From Telmatospirillum sp. (GTDB taxonomy: Bacteria > Pseudomonadota > Alphaproteobacteria > CACIAM-22H2): a DNA stretch of 64,000 nt. Shown here piece after piece: positions 18,428 through 27,151 of this stretch. Where the stretch lies: assembly GCA_020248985.1 (NCBI GenBank), contig JADCGL010000021.1:2701-66700 (forward strand), given 5' to 3'. The notes beneath the pieces are model-generated. The model did no database searches and was not told where the DNA came from. It saw only the letters and a program-made list of their open reading frames with translations. A program made the translations under genes and the position numbers. Positions within the stretch are counted from its first letter, which is position 1. Each line of letters opens with the position of its first letter.

Positions 18428-18793
18428 CTAGACCTCACCCGGCGTGCGCGACGGCGTGCACGAAACCGCGACCACGAGCCCGGCATCCCCGATGACGTGG
18501 CGGTACTCGTAGTTCAGCGGCAGATACATCGCATCGCCCGGTTTGAAGATGCGCTTGCGCCCGTCCGAAAGGTCGGTCTGCTCGGACCAGCCATGCATGC
18601 AATAGAGCACCACCTCGTGGATGCCGTCGCCTTTCACGACCGTGTCGAAATGCGGCATGTAGGTCGTGATGTGGAACGAGAAGCTCGACCCTTGCAGATA
18701 TTTCGCGATCAGCCGATGGCTGAACTCCTTGCCCTCGTGGATCCAGACGCGTTCGACGTCTTCCTGGCGGCTCCACATGATCTTCTCGCCCAT
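18428..18793 (-). CDS. Cupin-domain protein (121 aa)
   Basis: Compact, not Arg-rich, with a strong GAAAGGAAG RBS. Cupin-like His/Glu pattern (HEGKEF…H…H). It sits immediately downstream of the FAD oxidoreductase on the same strand. Confidence 0.7.
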   Translation of the reverse strand: MGEKIMWSRQEDVERVWIHEGKEFSHRLIAKYLQGSSFSFHITTYMPHFDTVVKGDGIHEVVLYCMHGWSEQTDLSDGRKRIFKPGDAMYLPLNYEYRHVIGDAGLVVAVSCTPSRTPGEV

Positions 18794-18808
18794 GGCGGTC
18801 TTCCTTTC

Positions 18809-20128
18809 TCAAGCGTGCGGGTTGGTGGCGTTGTCGATGCGATCGCGCAGCCGCGCCCACGGCAGCCACAGGCGCGGGCTCAAAGTTGCGAGCCCGTGCA
18901 GCGCCATCGGCGCGGGCGGTTCGGGGGGCAGCGGAAAATCGGCAAAATCGTCGGCCGCAAGCGCTTGGGCAAGCGCCGCACCAAGCGCCGTGCCGAGTGC
19001 ATTGCCGCGGCCATTGCAGGCGATCAGCGCGTGGCAGCCGGGCCCCATCGCGAACAGCTTGGGCATCAGCCCGCGCGTGACGGCAACCTTGCCGCGCCAC
19101 ACGAAATCGACCGCCGGATTGCCGAGATCGGGAAACAGACGCGCAAATCGGCGCATGAAAAACGGCGGCAGGCGGCTATCGGAACCGGGTGCAAACGCCG
19201 CCATGCCGCCGCCGAGCAGGCGCCCGTCGGCCGACAGGCGGAACGCGACCGGATCGCGCCGCATGTCGGTCGCACAACCGCCCTGCGGCAGAATTTTTGC
19301 GCGCAAGGAATGCAACAGCGGTGCGGTCGCGATCTGATGGACCTCGACCGGAATCTGGCTGCGCGCAAGATCGGGCACCAAAGTGCCTGCAAGCGCGTTG
19401 GTGGCGAACAGAACGCGGCGCGCGGCGACACCGCCGGATGCTGTTTTCAGCATCCAGCCGTCCGGCATGCGCGTGAGGCCAGCGACCGGCGAGTGCGCAA
19501 AGAGTTTGCCGCCCAGCGCCACGTATCGTGCCGCGAGCCCGCGCGCATAGGCCAACGGGTCGATGGTGCCGCCGCGCGTATAGTCGATCGCACCGCGATA
19601 GAACGGCGTGCCCATGCGCGACGCGGCGGCCGCACCGTCGAGCAATTCGACGGCAGCGCCCGCTCGGCGCCATGAATCCGCACGCGCGGCAATCCCCGGC
19701 AATTGGCGCGCCCAGGGTACGGCCTGGATGAAGCCGCGCTGGTCGGCATCGCAGGCGATCGCGTGGCGGCGCACAAGATCGAAAAGCGTGTCGGCGGCCT
19801 TGGCCACGAGATCGACCAAGCGCGCACCGCGTTCGGGCCCAAGCCGTGCGGCAATCTCGTCGGGACCAAGGCTTGCATTGAGGGCGGGCACGACGAAGCC
19901 GGTATTGCGCCCCGACGCACCGCTGCCGACGGCCCCCGCCTCGACGACCGCGCAGGAGATACCGCGCTCGGCCAGATGCAGGGCCGCCGAAAGCCCGACG
20001 ATGCCGGCACCGACGATCGCGACATCGCACGAAACATCCGTCGCGAGCGGCAGATCTGCTTCGGGCGCTTTGCGTGCGGCATACCACAGCGTGCGCGCGT
20101 AGCCGCGCCCTTCGTCCGCCTCGCGCAC
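18809..20128 (-). CDS. FAD-dependent oxidoreductase (DadA/PuuB-like amino-acid or amine oxidase family)
   Basis: …YARTLWYAARKAP…DVAIVGAGIVGLSAALHLAERG is the FAD GxGxxG and LWY motif of the PuuB-like family. The preferred start is a GTG at 20128 with a GGAAGGGG RBS 7 nt upstream. ATG alternatives are at 20146 and 20176. The 777-aa ORF-track version is read-through. Confidence 0.8.
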   Translation of the reverse strand: MREADEGRGYARTLWYAARKAPEADLPLATDVSCDVAIVGAGIVGLSAALHLAERGISCAVVEAGAVGSGASGRNTGFVVPALNASLGPDEIAARLGPERGARLVDLVAKAADTLFDLVRRHAIACDADQRGFIQAVPWARQLPGIAARADSWRRAGAAVELLDGAAAASRMGTPFYRGAIDYTRGGTIDPLAYARGLAARYVALGGKLFAHSPVAGLTRMPDGWMLKTASGGVAARRVLFATNALAGTLVPDLARSQIPVEVHQIATAPLLHSLRAKILPQGGCATDMRRDPVAFRLSADGRLLGGGMAAFAPGSDSRLPPFFMRRFARLFPDLGNPAVDFVWRGKVAVTRGLMPKLFAMGPGCHALIACNGRGNALGTALGAALAQALAADDFADFPLPPEPPAPMALHGLATLSPRLWLPWARLRDRIDNATNPHA

Positions 20129-20170
20129 CGCTATGCCCCTTCCCATCCCCGAAGAAATGTCTCTATGATA

Positions 20171-20186
20171 GGGCATACAATTTGCA
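20171..20186 (+). promoter_or_regulatory. Candidate sigma54 (-24/-12) promoter for the amino-acid ABC operon
   Basis: GGGCATACAATTTGCA has the GG-N10-GC spacing and a TTGCA -12 element; the -24 element is GGCAT rather than GGCAC. It lies about 80 nt upstream of the SBP start at 20267. It is valid only if the divergent oxidoreductase starts at 20128 or 20146. Confidence 0.35.
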
Positions 20187-20266
20187 CTGCTCGACCCGAC
20201 GAACGCAATGTTTGAACGACGCCGCCAGCGCATCAGCCCTGCGGCGCACTTCCAAAGGGGGACCAC

Positions 20267-21136
20267 ATGAAATTTGCCAGTTTTGCAGTCGGTCTTGCGG
20301 CTGCCTTGTTCATCGCGCTTGCCGGCGGCGCCAAGGCGCAGTCGGTGCCGGCCTCGGCCCTTTTGACCGCGGGCGAAATACACTTCGCCGCCGACTTTGC
20401 CGCGCCGCCGAACCAGTTCATCGACGCGCAAGGCCGCATGGACGGGCTCAATGTCGATCTTTGCGGCGAGATCGCCAAGCGCCTGAATCTGCAGATCCGC
20501 TGGACCAATCTCGCCTTCCCGGGCCTCGTGCCCGGCCTGCAGGCGAACCGCTTCGACGCGCTGTGCACGGCGATCTTCGTCAATCCGCAGCGTCTCGAGA
20601 TCATGAACATGGTGTCCTACGTGCAGTGGGGCGAAGGCATGATGATGCGCGCCAACGATCCGCAGATCGCGCGCTGCACGCCGACCAGCGGCGATGCGGC
20701 GAGCTATTCGGCCTGCTTCGACCAGCTTGCAGGTCGTGCGGTGGCCGTTGCTTCGGCCGGCACCACGCACCAGAATCTGCGCGCCCAGAACGAACGGCTC
20801 AAAGCGGCCGGCAAACCCGAGATGACGATCCGCGCCTTCGACACGAACGGCGACGCGATTCAAGCGCTCGTGGCGGGCCAAGCCGCAGCCGTCTACGTCA
20901 ACGATCCGCAAGGTGCCTTCTTCATCAATCGCGAACCGGCGAACCAGGCCGCGTACCGCATGGCGTTCGTGGGCTTCAACCCGAACCGCCTTGCGATCGC
21001 CACGCTGAAGCCAAATCGCGCGCTGGCGGATTCGATCAAGGGGGCCCTCGAGTCGATGCGCGCCGACGGCAGTTACGGGCGCATCGTGGCCAAGTGGGGT
21101 GTCGCCGCCGTGCCCGAATTCGCGATCCAGCCCTAG
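20267..21136 (+). CDS. Amino-acid ABC transporter substrate-binding protein (SBP family 3)
   Basis: Signal peptide MKFASFAVGLAAALFIALAGGAKAQ, with an AAGGGGGA RBS. Confidence 0.85.
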   Translation: MKFASFAVGLAAALFIALAGGAKAQSVPASALLTAGEIHFAADFAAPPNQFIDAQGRMDGLNVDLCGEIAKRLNLQIRWTNLAFPGLVPGLQANRFDALCTAIFVNPQRLEIMNMVSYVQWGEGMMMRANDPQIARCTPTSGDAASYSACFDQLAGRAVAVASAGTTHQNLRAQNERLKAAGKPEMTIRAFDTNGDAIQALVAGQAAAVYVNDPQGAFFINREPANQAAYRMAFVGFNPNRLAIATLKPNRALADSIKGALESMRADGSYGRIVAKWGVAAVPEFAIQP

Positions 21137-21153
21137 GCCCAAGCGACGACCGC

Positions 21154-21846
21154 GTGCAGTTTTCCTGGACTGTATTTTCGACGTATCTCGTCGATCCGCG
21201 CTTCGCGAACGCGGCTCTCACCACGGTGTGGATCGCCGTTCTTGCCCAACTGGCAGGAACGGCGATCGGCCTTGGGGCGGCCCTCGCCCGCGACCGCGGG
21301 CCAGCCCCGCTTGCAGCCCTTGCCCGCCTCTACGTGCTTGTCTGGCGCGGCACGCCGCTCTTGGCCCAGCTGCTGCTGATCTATTTCGGCCTGCCGCAAT
21401 TCGGGCTTCGCCTCGGCGTGTGGGAGGCGGGCCTGATCGGCCTTTCGCTTTATGCCGGCGCCTACATGGCCGAAATCGCGCGCGCTGCCTTCGCCGCGAT
21501 CGATCCGGGCCAGGAGGAAGCCGCGCGCGCCCTCGGCATGCCGGCGGGTACTGCGCTGCGCGCCATTCTGCTGCCGCAGGCAATCCGCCTGATGCTGCCG
21601 CCCGTCGGCAACGAGTTCAACAGCATGCTGCGCACGACCTCGCTGCTTTCGGTCATCTCGGTCGAGGAGCTGCTGCGCGTGACCAGCATGGCGATCAACG
21701 AAACCTTCCGCTCGATCGAACTCTACGCGGTCGCAGCTCTCTATTATTTGGCGATGACGACGGTGTGGAGCTTCGTGCAGCTCCGCCTCGAGCGCCGCTA
21801 CGCGGTCGGCATCCGAACCTTGCGCCCGAGTACGACGGGTGCGTGA
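21154..21846 (+). CDS. Amino-acid ABC transporter permease (HisQ/HisM type)
   Basis: GTG start 18 nt after the SBP stop. Polar amino-acid permease pattern (…RGTPLLAQLLLIYFGLPQ…EAARALGM…). Confidence 0.8.
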   Translation: MQFSWTVFSTYLVDPRFANAALTTVWIAVLAQLAGTAIGLGAALARDRGPAPLAALARLYVLVWRGTPLLAQLLLIYFGLPQFGLRLGVWEAGLIGLSLYAGAYMAEIARAAFAAIDPGQEEAARALGMPAGTALRAILLPQAIRLMLPPVGNEFNSMLRTTSLLSVISVEELLRVTSMAINETFRSIELYAVAALYYLAMTTVWSFVQLRLERRYAVGIRTLRPSTTGA

Positions 21847-21868
21847 CGAAATCCCAAGGAGACGTATT

Positions 21869-23023
21869 TTGAGAAAACACCGCCCGGCCGCCAAAGACGG
21901 CAAACTCCGCGCCATCGTCTGGGGCTTCGGCTCGCTCGGCATGCTCGTGGTCAAAGCCTTTGCGGCCGGCGTTCCCGACATCCGCATCGTCGGCATCGTC
22001 GACCACGCGCCGCATCTCGCCGGCAAGCGTGCCAGCGACCTCAGCGCCGAAGCCAAGCAGCTCGGCCTCGATTTCGCCGTAAGCCCGACCCTCGAAGCCT
22101 GCCTGAAGACGCTCAAAGAGCCGGCCGACGTCGTCTACCACATGACCGAATCGGTGCTCGACGCGATCGAAAGCCAGCTCGTGGCGGCCCTCGACGCCGG
22201 GCTCGACGTGATCTCGGCCTCGGAAGCGATGTTCTATCCTTCGCTGCGCTATCCCGCGATCGCGGCGCGCCTCGATGCGGCGGCCAAGCGCAACGGCGTG
22301 GCGCTCGTCGGCTGCGGCATCAATCCGGGCTTCGTGTTCGACGCGCTCGTGCTGACCTTGGCGCGCATCACCACGGCGGCCACGAAGGTCGACATCAAAC
22401 GCTGCATCGACGTGACGGGAACGGGTGCCCACGACATCGACCATGTCGGCTACGGTCTCACGCCCGAAGATTTCCGCGCCAAGATCGCCTCGGGGCGCAT
22501 CGTGGGCCACATGGGCATGCCGGAATCGATCGCACTGGTGGCCGAGCGCCTGGGCATCGGCATCGAGCGCGTCGAGGAAAGCTGGGACATCGAAACGGCC
22601 GACTTCCCCGTCGATTCCGGCACCGACGCGCTCGGCATCCTGCCGCCGGGCCGCGTGATCGGCATCACGCAGCACGGGCGCGCCTACGAAGGCGACGTCG
22701 AGCGCATCCATATGCGCCTGGCGATGTACTACCAGCCCGCCAAGTTCGGCCTCGAAGAAAGCGACGACATCGTCATCGAGGGTGCGCAGCGCATCCATTG
22801 CGCGCTCACGCCGGCGGCCATCTCGCTGCAGGGTGCGGCACTCCACATCGTGAACACGACCCACGACGTGGCGACCGCCCCGCCCGGCCTTGCCAACGTG
22901 CTCGACTTCGCGATGGGCGGGCGGCCGCGCGGCCTGTTCGGCTATGTCTGCGATCCCGCCAATCCGCCCAAGCCCGGCAAGGTGTGGCTCGCCAAAACCC
23001 CGCTCGGGAAAAACGCGACGTGA
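21869..23023 (+). CDS. NAD(P)H-dependent amine dehydrogenase family protein (DapB-like N-domain; related to 2,4-diaminopentanoate dehydrogenase)
   Basis: KLRAIVWGFGSLGMLVVKAF… is a Rossmann GxGxxG followed by a DapB-like C-domain. The preferred start is a TTG at 21869 with an AAGGAGA RBS 6 nt upstream. The longest-ORF start is 21839. Confidence 0.7.
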   Translation: MRKHRPAAKDGKLRAIVWGFGSLGMLVVKAFAAGVPDIRIVGIVDHAPHLAGKRASDLSAEAKQLGLDFAVSPTLEACLKTLKEPADVVYHMTESVLDAIESQLVAALDAGLDVISASEAMFYPSLRYPAIAARLDAAAKRNGVALVGCGINPGFVFDALVLTLARITTAATKVDIKRCIDVTGTGAHDIDHVGYGLTPEDFRAKIASGRIVGHMGMPESIALVAERLGIGIERVEESWDIETADFPVDSGTDALGILPPGRVIGITQHGRAYEGDVERIHMRLAMYYQPAKFGLEESDDIVIEGAQRIHCALTPAAISLQGAALHIVNTTHDVATAPPGLANVLDFAMGGRPRGLFGYVCDPANPPKPGKVWLAKTPLGKNAT

Positions 23024-24510
23024 CGTGGAACTGGGCCGTCGTTTGGCAGATGCTGGCTTCGCCGATGCTGCCGGCGGCCCTGCTGACGACGGTCTGGACG
23101 GCCGTGCTTGCCCAGAGCTTCGGCACCGCGATAGGCTTTGCGCTGGGTCCGGCATCGCTTAGCCACCTGCGGCCGGTGCGCACGTTTGCTTGGTTCTATG
23201 GCTGGATCTTCCGCGGCACGCCGCTGCTTGTGCAGATCCTGTTTTTCTTCGCCGTGATCCCGCAACTCGGGCTCAAGCTCGGCATCCTCACGACGGGCCT
23301 CATCGCGCTTTCGCTGAACGAAGGGGCGCGCATGGCCGAGATCGTGCGCGCCGGCCTCATTTCGGTGCCGGCCGGCCAGATCGAAGCCGCGCGCAGCCTC
23401 GGCCTCAAGCGCCTGCAGATATTCGCGCTCGTCGTGGTGCCGCAGGCGATCCGCGTGATCGTTCCGCCGCTCGGCAACAACTTCAACTACATGCTCAAGG
23501 CCACGTCGCTCTTGTCGGTGATCGGCATCGTCGAGCTGCTGCGCATGAGCCAGCAGATGGCGCAGGCGACGACGCGCCCGCTCGAGATCTACGCGGTGGC
23601 GGCTTGCGCCTATCTCGTGGTCACCACGAGTTGGGACATCGTCCAGCGCCGCATCGAACGCTGGCTTGCGCGCAGCCAGAGCCCGGTTCGAATGCCGGCC
23701 GATGCAAGACCGCCGGAAAGCCATGTCGAAAAGCCCGCCGCCGCAAGCGGCCCTGCCCTCGTGCGCCTTTCCGCCATTGGCGTCGAGCTCGGCGCGCACC
23801 GCGCATTGGACGGTGTGGATTTCGCCGTGCGGCGCGGCGAGGTCGTGGCGCTCGTCGGCCCCAGCGGCTCGGGCAAAACGACGTTGCTGCGGGCGTTGAA
23901 CGGCCTCGTGCGTCCGCAAAGCGGCACCGTCGAGTTCGACGGCGCAGCGCTCGGCCGCGATCCTGCGAGCGGGCGTTTCGATGCGGGCCTGCTCGACCGC
24001 CAGCGCCGCCGCATCGGCTTCGTGTTCCAGCGCTTCAACCTGTTCGGCCATCTGACCGCACTTGAAAACGTCGCGGCCGGACCGCGCCTTGTGCTCGGCC
24101 AGTCGCGCGCGCAGGCGCAAGCGACCGCGCGCAAACTGCTCGCCAAAGTGGGCCTCGCCGACAAGGCCGACGCCTATCCGGCAATGCTGTCGGGCGGCCA
24201 GCAGCAGCGCGTGGCGATCGCGCGTGCGCTCGCGATGGCGCCGGACCTGCTGCTGTTCGACGAGCCGACCTCGGCCCTCGACCCCGAGACGGTGCGCGAG
24301 GTGCTCGACGTGATGCGCGCATTGGCATCGGAAGGCACCACGATGGTCGTCGTGACCCACGAGATGGGCTTTGCGCGCGAAGCGGCGAGCCGCATCGTGT
24401 TCCTCGATCGCGGCCGCATCGTCGAGGAAGCGACGCCCGCGGCGTTTTTCGCCGCCCCCAAAACCGAGCGCGCGCGGACGTTCCTGGGCCAGATCGGCGC
24501 GATTGCGTAG
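23020..24510 (+). CDS. Fused amino-acid ABC transporter permease / ATP-binding protein
   Basis: GTG start overlapping the upstream stop (GTGA). The N-terminal about 250 aa are a HisM-type permease (FRGTPLLVQILFFFAVIPQ…EAARSLGL). The C-terminal about 240 aa are an ATPase with GPSGSGKTT, LSGGQQQRV and LLFDEPTSALD. It is one uninterrupted 496-aa frame. Confidence 0.85.
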   Translation: MTWNWAVVWQMLASPMLPAALLTTVWTAVLAQSFGTAIGFALGPASLSHLRPVRTFAWFYGWIFRGTPLLVQILFFFAVIPQLGLKLGILTTGLIALSLNEGARMAEIVRAGLISVPAGQIEAARSLGLKRLQIFALVVVPQAIRVIVPPLGNNFNYMLKATSLLSVIGIVELLRMSQQMAQATTRPLEIYAVAACAYLVVTTSWDIVQRRIERWLARSQSPVRMPADARPPESHVEKPAAASGPALVRLSAIGVELGAHRALDGVDFAVRRGEVVALVGPSGSGKTTLLRALNGLVRPQSGTVEFDGAALGRDPASGRFDAGLLDRQRRRIGFVFQRFNLFGHLTALENVAAGPRLVLGQSRAQAQATARKLLAKVGLADKADAYPAMLSGGQQQRVAIARALAMAPDLLLFDEPTSALDPETVREVLDVMRALASEGTTMVVVTHEMGFAREAASRIVFLDRGRIVEEATPAAFFAAPKTERARTFLGQIGAIA

Positions 24511-24518
24511 CGACGAAG

Positions 24519-24950
24519 CTAGGGCGCTTCGGCGATGAAGGGCACGCTCGCGACGACCGCGGCAAGCTGCAGCATGTTGCAAACCATGCCGCCCCAATGC
24601 AGGCGGCGCAAGCGCCGCACGGCATCGCGGTCGCCGGCGTCGCGGGCGCGCAGTTCGGCATCCATCTGCCGCAGGAACCAGCCGCGCGCCGCCATCGCAA
24701 ATGCCGCAACGACAGCCACGCACGCGGCCGCCACAAAGCGCGCCTCGATCGCAAACGCGATCGTGCCGACCGCACCGGCGATGGCGAGCACGAGATAGTA
24801 TTTGTCGAACATGCCGCGCAGCAGGCCGCTTGCGACGGGATCGTCGAGCTTCACGAGCAGAAAAGCGGGCGCTTGGAGCAGAAAATAGCCCATCGGCAGA
24901 ACCAGCAGCACGATGGCAAAAAGCACGACGGGTGCCGGCATCATGGGCAC
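24519..24950 (-). CDS. Small integral membrane protein (hypothetical)
   Basis: 143 aa with 3-4 predicted TM helices. A strong GGAAGGAGAG RBS lies 7 nt upstream of the ATG. Confidence 0.5.
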   Translation of the reverse strand: MPMMPAPVVLFAIVLLVLPMGYFLLQAPAFLLVKLDDPVASGLLRGMFDKYYLVLAIAGAVGTIAFAIEARFVAAACVAVVAAFAMAARGWFLRQMDAELRARDAGDRDAVRRLRRLHWGGMVCNMLQLAAVVASVPFIAEAP

Positions 24951-24977
24951 TCTCCTTCCCGCTTGGACCGGCCAAAT

Positions 24978-26189
24978 CTAGCCGACGCGCCCCAGCGGCG
25001 AAAGCGATTGCGTGCGGAAAAAGGCGAGAAGTTCGGCGGCGAGCGCGTCCGGACATTCGAGGGCCGGGAAATGCCCGCCCGACGGCATGCGCGTCCAGCG
25101 CCGGATATTCGTGTAGACGCGCTGTGCGAACGACTGCGGCGGCGACAGGATTTCGCGCGGGAACTCGGCATAGCCCGTCGGGACGGCAACCGCCCCGCCC
25201 TCCGGCACGATCCACGGCTCGTGCAGGCGCGCGTAATAGGGCCAGAAACTCGAACCGATCGCATCGGTCGCCCAATAGAGCATGATGTTCGTGAGCAAGA
25301 CGTCGCGCGTGAAATGCGCGTCGATGTCGCCGTCGCTGTCGCTCCAGCTGTGGAATTTCTCGACGATCCAGGCAGCAAGCCCGACGGGCGAGTCCGTCAG
25401 CGCAAACGCCAGCGTCTGCGGCTTTGTGCCCATGATCTGGGAATAGCCCGTCTCCTCGGCGAGCCAGTGCGCGAGCTGGCGGCGATAGCGCGCCTCGTCC
25501 GGCGTCGGGTTCGGGTCGCTCGGCATCGTGCGCGGGATGGCGAGCAAGGTGATGTGGATCGCGCGTACGGCATCGGCATGCGCATACCCGAGGCGCGTGG
25601 ACACGAACGAGCCCCAATCGTGCCCGTGCGCGAAGAAGCCGCGATAGCCGAGCACGTCGACCATCAACGTGCGCAGGGAAGCCGCGATCTCGACGAGCCC
25701 GAAGCGCGGCTGACCCGGCGAAAACGAAAACCCGTAGCCCGGGATCGAAGGCACGACGACCGTGAACGCATCCTCGGCCGAACCGCCAAAACGCGAGGGA
25801 TGCGTGAGACGCTCGATCAGCCGGTGGTACTCGAAAAACGAGCCCGGCCAGCCATGGATCAGCAGCAGCGGCCGCGGGTTTGCCCCCTCGCCCTTCGCAT
25901 GGATGAAATGCACGTCGATATCGCCGATCCGCGCCGTGTATTGCGGGAAGCGGTTGAGTGCGGCCTCGTGCGTGCGCCAATCGTAGCCGTTGCGCCAATA
26001 GTCGCACAGGCCGCGCAGATAGGCAGGGTCGGTGCCGTAGGCCCATTTCGTGCCCGGGATCGCATCGGGCCAGCGCGTGCGCGCGAGGCGGTCTTTGAGA
26101 TCGTCGAGCACCGCCTGCGGCACGTCGATGGCGAAGGGGCGGACGGGTGCGCCGTCCCAGTTCGTGTGTTTGGGCCGCGGGTCGGTCAT
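24978..26189 (-). CDS. Epoxide hydrolase (microsomal EH N-terminal domain plus alpha/beta hydrolase fold)
   Basis: …PFAIDVPQAVLDDLKDRLARTRWPD…IHGWPGSFFEY… matches the EH_N plus abhydrolase family. The start is taken at MTDPRPK (26189). Confidence 0.85.
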   Translation of the reverse strand: MTDPRPKHTNWDGAPVRPFAIDVPQAVLDDLKDRLARTRWPDAIPGTKWAYGTDPAYLRGLCDYWRNGYDWRTHEAALNRFPQYTARIGDIDVHFIHAKGEGANPRPLLLIHGWPGSFFEYHRLIERLTHPSRFGGSAEDAFTVVVPSIPGYGFSFSPGQPRFGLVEIAASLRTLMVDVLGYRGFFAHGHDWGSFVSTRLGYAHADAVRAIHITLLAIPRTMPSDPNPTPDEARYRRQLAHWLAEETGYSQIMGTKPQTLAFALTDSPVGLAAWIVEKFHSWSDSDGDIDAHFTRDVLLTNIMLYWATDAIGSSFWPYYARLHEPWIVPEGGAVAVPTGYAEFPREILSPPQSFAQRVYTNIRRWTRMPSGGHFPALECPDALAAELLAFFRTQSLSPLGRVG

Positions 26190-26284
26190 GGCGAAGCACC
26201 TTTGCTCGGGTTGCCGAAGCTTTGTCGCAGAGCTAAGGTCAGTACGGAAACGAATTGCTGCGATCACCCTTATCGGATTTCGCG

Positions 26285-27151
26285 ATGGGAAGCCCGACCC
26301 TCGAGCCCGAACTTCTGCAGGCCTTTCTGGCGGTGGCCGAGCATCTGTCCTTCACCGGGGCCGCGGCCGCTTTGAACCGCACGCAATCGGCGGTGAGCGG
26401 CCAGATCAAGCGGCTCGAGGGCGCCGTGGGCACTTCCCTGTTCGAACGCACGACGACCAGCGTGGCGTTGACCTCGGCCGGCGAAGGCCTGCTCGACGAT
26501 GCGCGCCGGATCCTGCGCATCAGCGAAGAGGCGGTGCGCCGCCTGCGCCAGCACGACGTCAAAGGCCAGGTGCGCCTCGGCGTGATGGACGATTACGGGG
26601 CTGTTCTGCTGCCGCCGATTTTGAAGCTGTTCGCCGACGCCTATCCCGGCGTCGAGATCGTGATGGAAACGGGTCTGACCTCGGCGTTGCGCCAGCGCGT
26701 GCCGCGCGATTTCGACCTCGTCATCGCGATGCACGAAGTCGGCGACAAGGCGGGCGAACAATTGCGCCGCGAGAAAGCCTTGTGGGCGGGCGACGCGGCG
26801 TTCAATCCGCGCGGGCGCGATCCGCTGCCGCTTGCACTCTATCCGGCGGGCTGCCTGTTCCGCAAATGGGCGCTCGCTGCACTCGACCGCGCGCAGGTGC
26901 GCTGGCGCCTCGCCTTCGTGAGCCACAGCCTTGCCGCCGTCGAAGCCATCGCAAGCCAAGGGCTCGCGGTCACGGTCGTCAAAGCCGGTGCCTTTCCCAA
27001 ATCGCTTGTGCCGCTGGGGCGCAAACACGGCCTGCCCGCTTTGCCGCGCGCCGACATCCGGCTGCACTGCGCAACCACGCTTTCGCCGGCCGCCACGTTG
27101 CTTGCGGCTCATGTGCGGCAAAACCTCGGTGCACGGCGCGAGCGCGCCTAG
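26285..27151 (+). CDS. LysR-family transcriptional regulator
   Basis: HTH LLQAFLAVAEHLSFTGAAAALNRTQSAVSGQIKRLE, followed by a LysR substrate-binding domain. Divergent from the epoxide hydrolase. Confidence 0.85.
   Translation: MGSPTLEPELLQAFLAVAEHLSFTGAAAALNRTQSAVSGQIKRLEGAVGTSLFERTTTSVALTSAGEGLLDDARRILRISEEAVRRLRQHDVKGQVRLGVMDDYGAVLLPPILKLFADAYPGVEIVMETGLTSALRQRVPRDFDLVIAMHEVGDKAGEQLRREKALWAGDAAFNPRGRDPLPLALYPAGCLFRKWALAALDRAQVRWRLAFVSHSLAAVEAIASQGLAVTVVKAGAFPKSLVPLGRKHGLPALPRADIRLHCATTLSPAATLLAAHVRQNLGARRERA

Noticed and set aside
18372-18431. 19-codon ORF MFKKAVEPRPPSKAWRRKL behind a strong AGGAGA box
   Set aside because: The spacing between the Shine-Dalgarno box and the ATG is only 2-3 nt. 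The ORF is made mostly of the terminator hairpin of the cupin gene read on the opposite strand. There is no conservation signal. It is probably fortuitous.
22942-26199. Very long minus-strand ORF (1085 aa) and many similar ORFs of 500-1000 aa, for example 2349-4331 (+), 12596-14530 (-), 26270-28414 (-), 28754-30565 (-), 30730-32835 (-), 51393-53489 (+), 53474-55495 (+) and 48105-49946 (-)
   Set aside because: They lie antisense to, or frame-shifted within, genes that have clear family-level homology. Their translations are Arg/Ala/Gly/Pro-rich low-complexity sequence typical of stop-free frames in 68% GC DNA. They lack an RBS and have no domain similarity.
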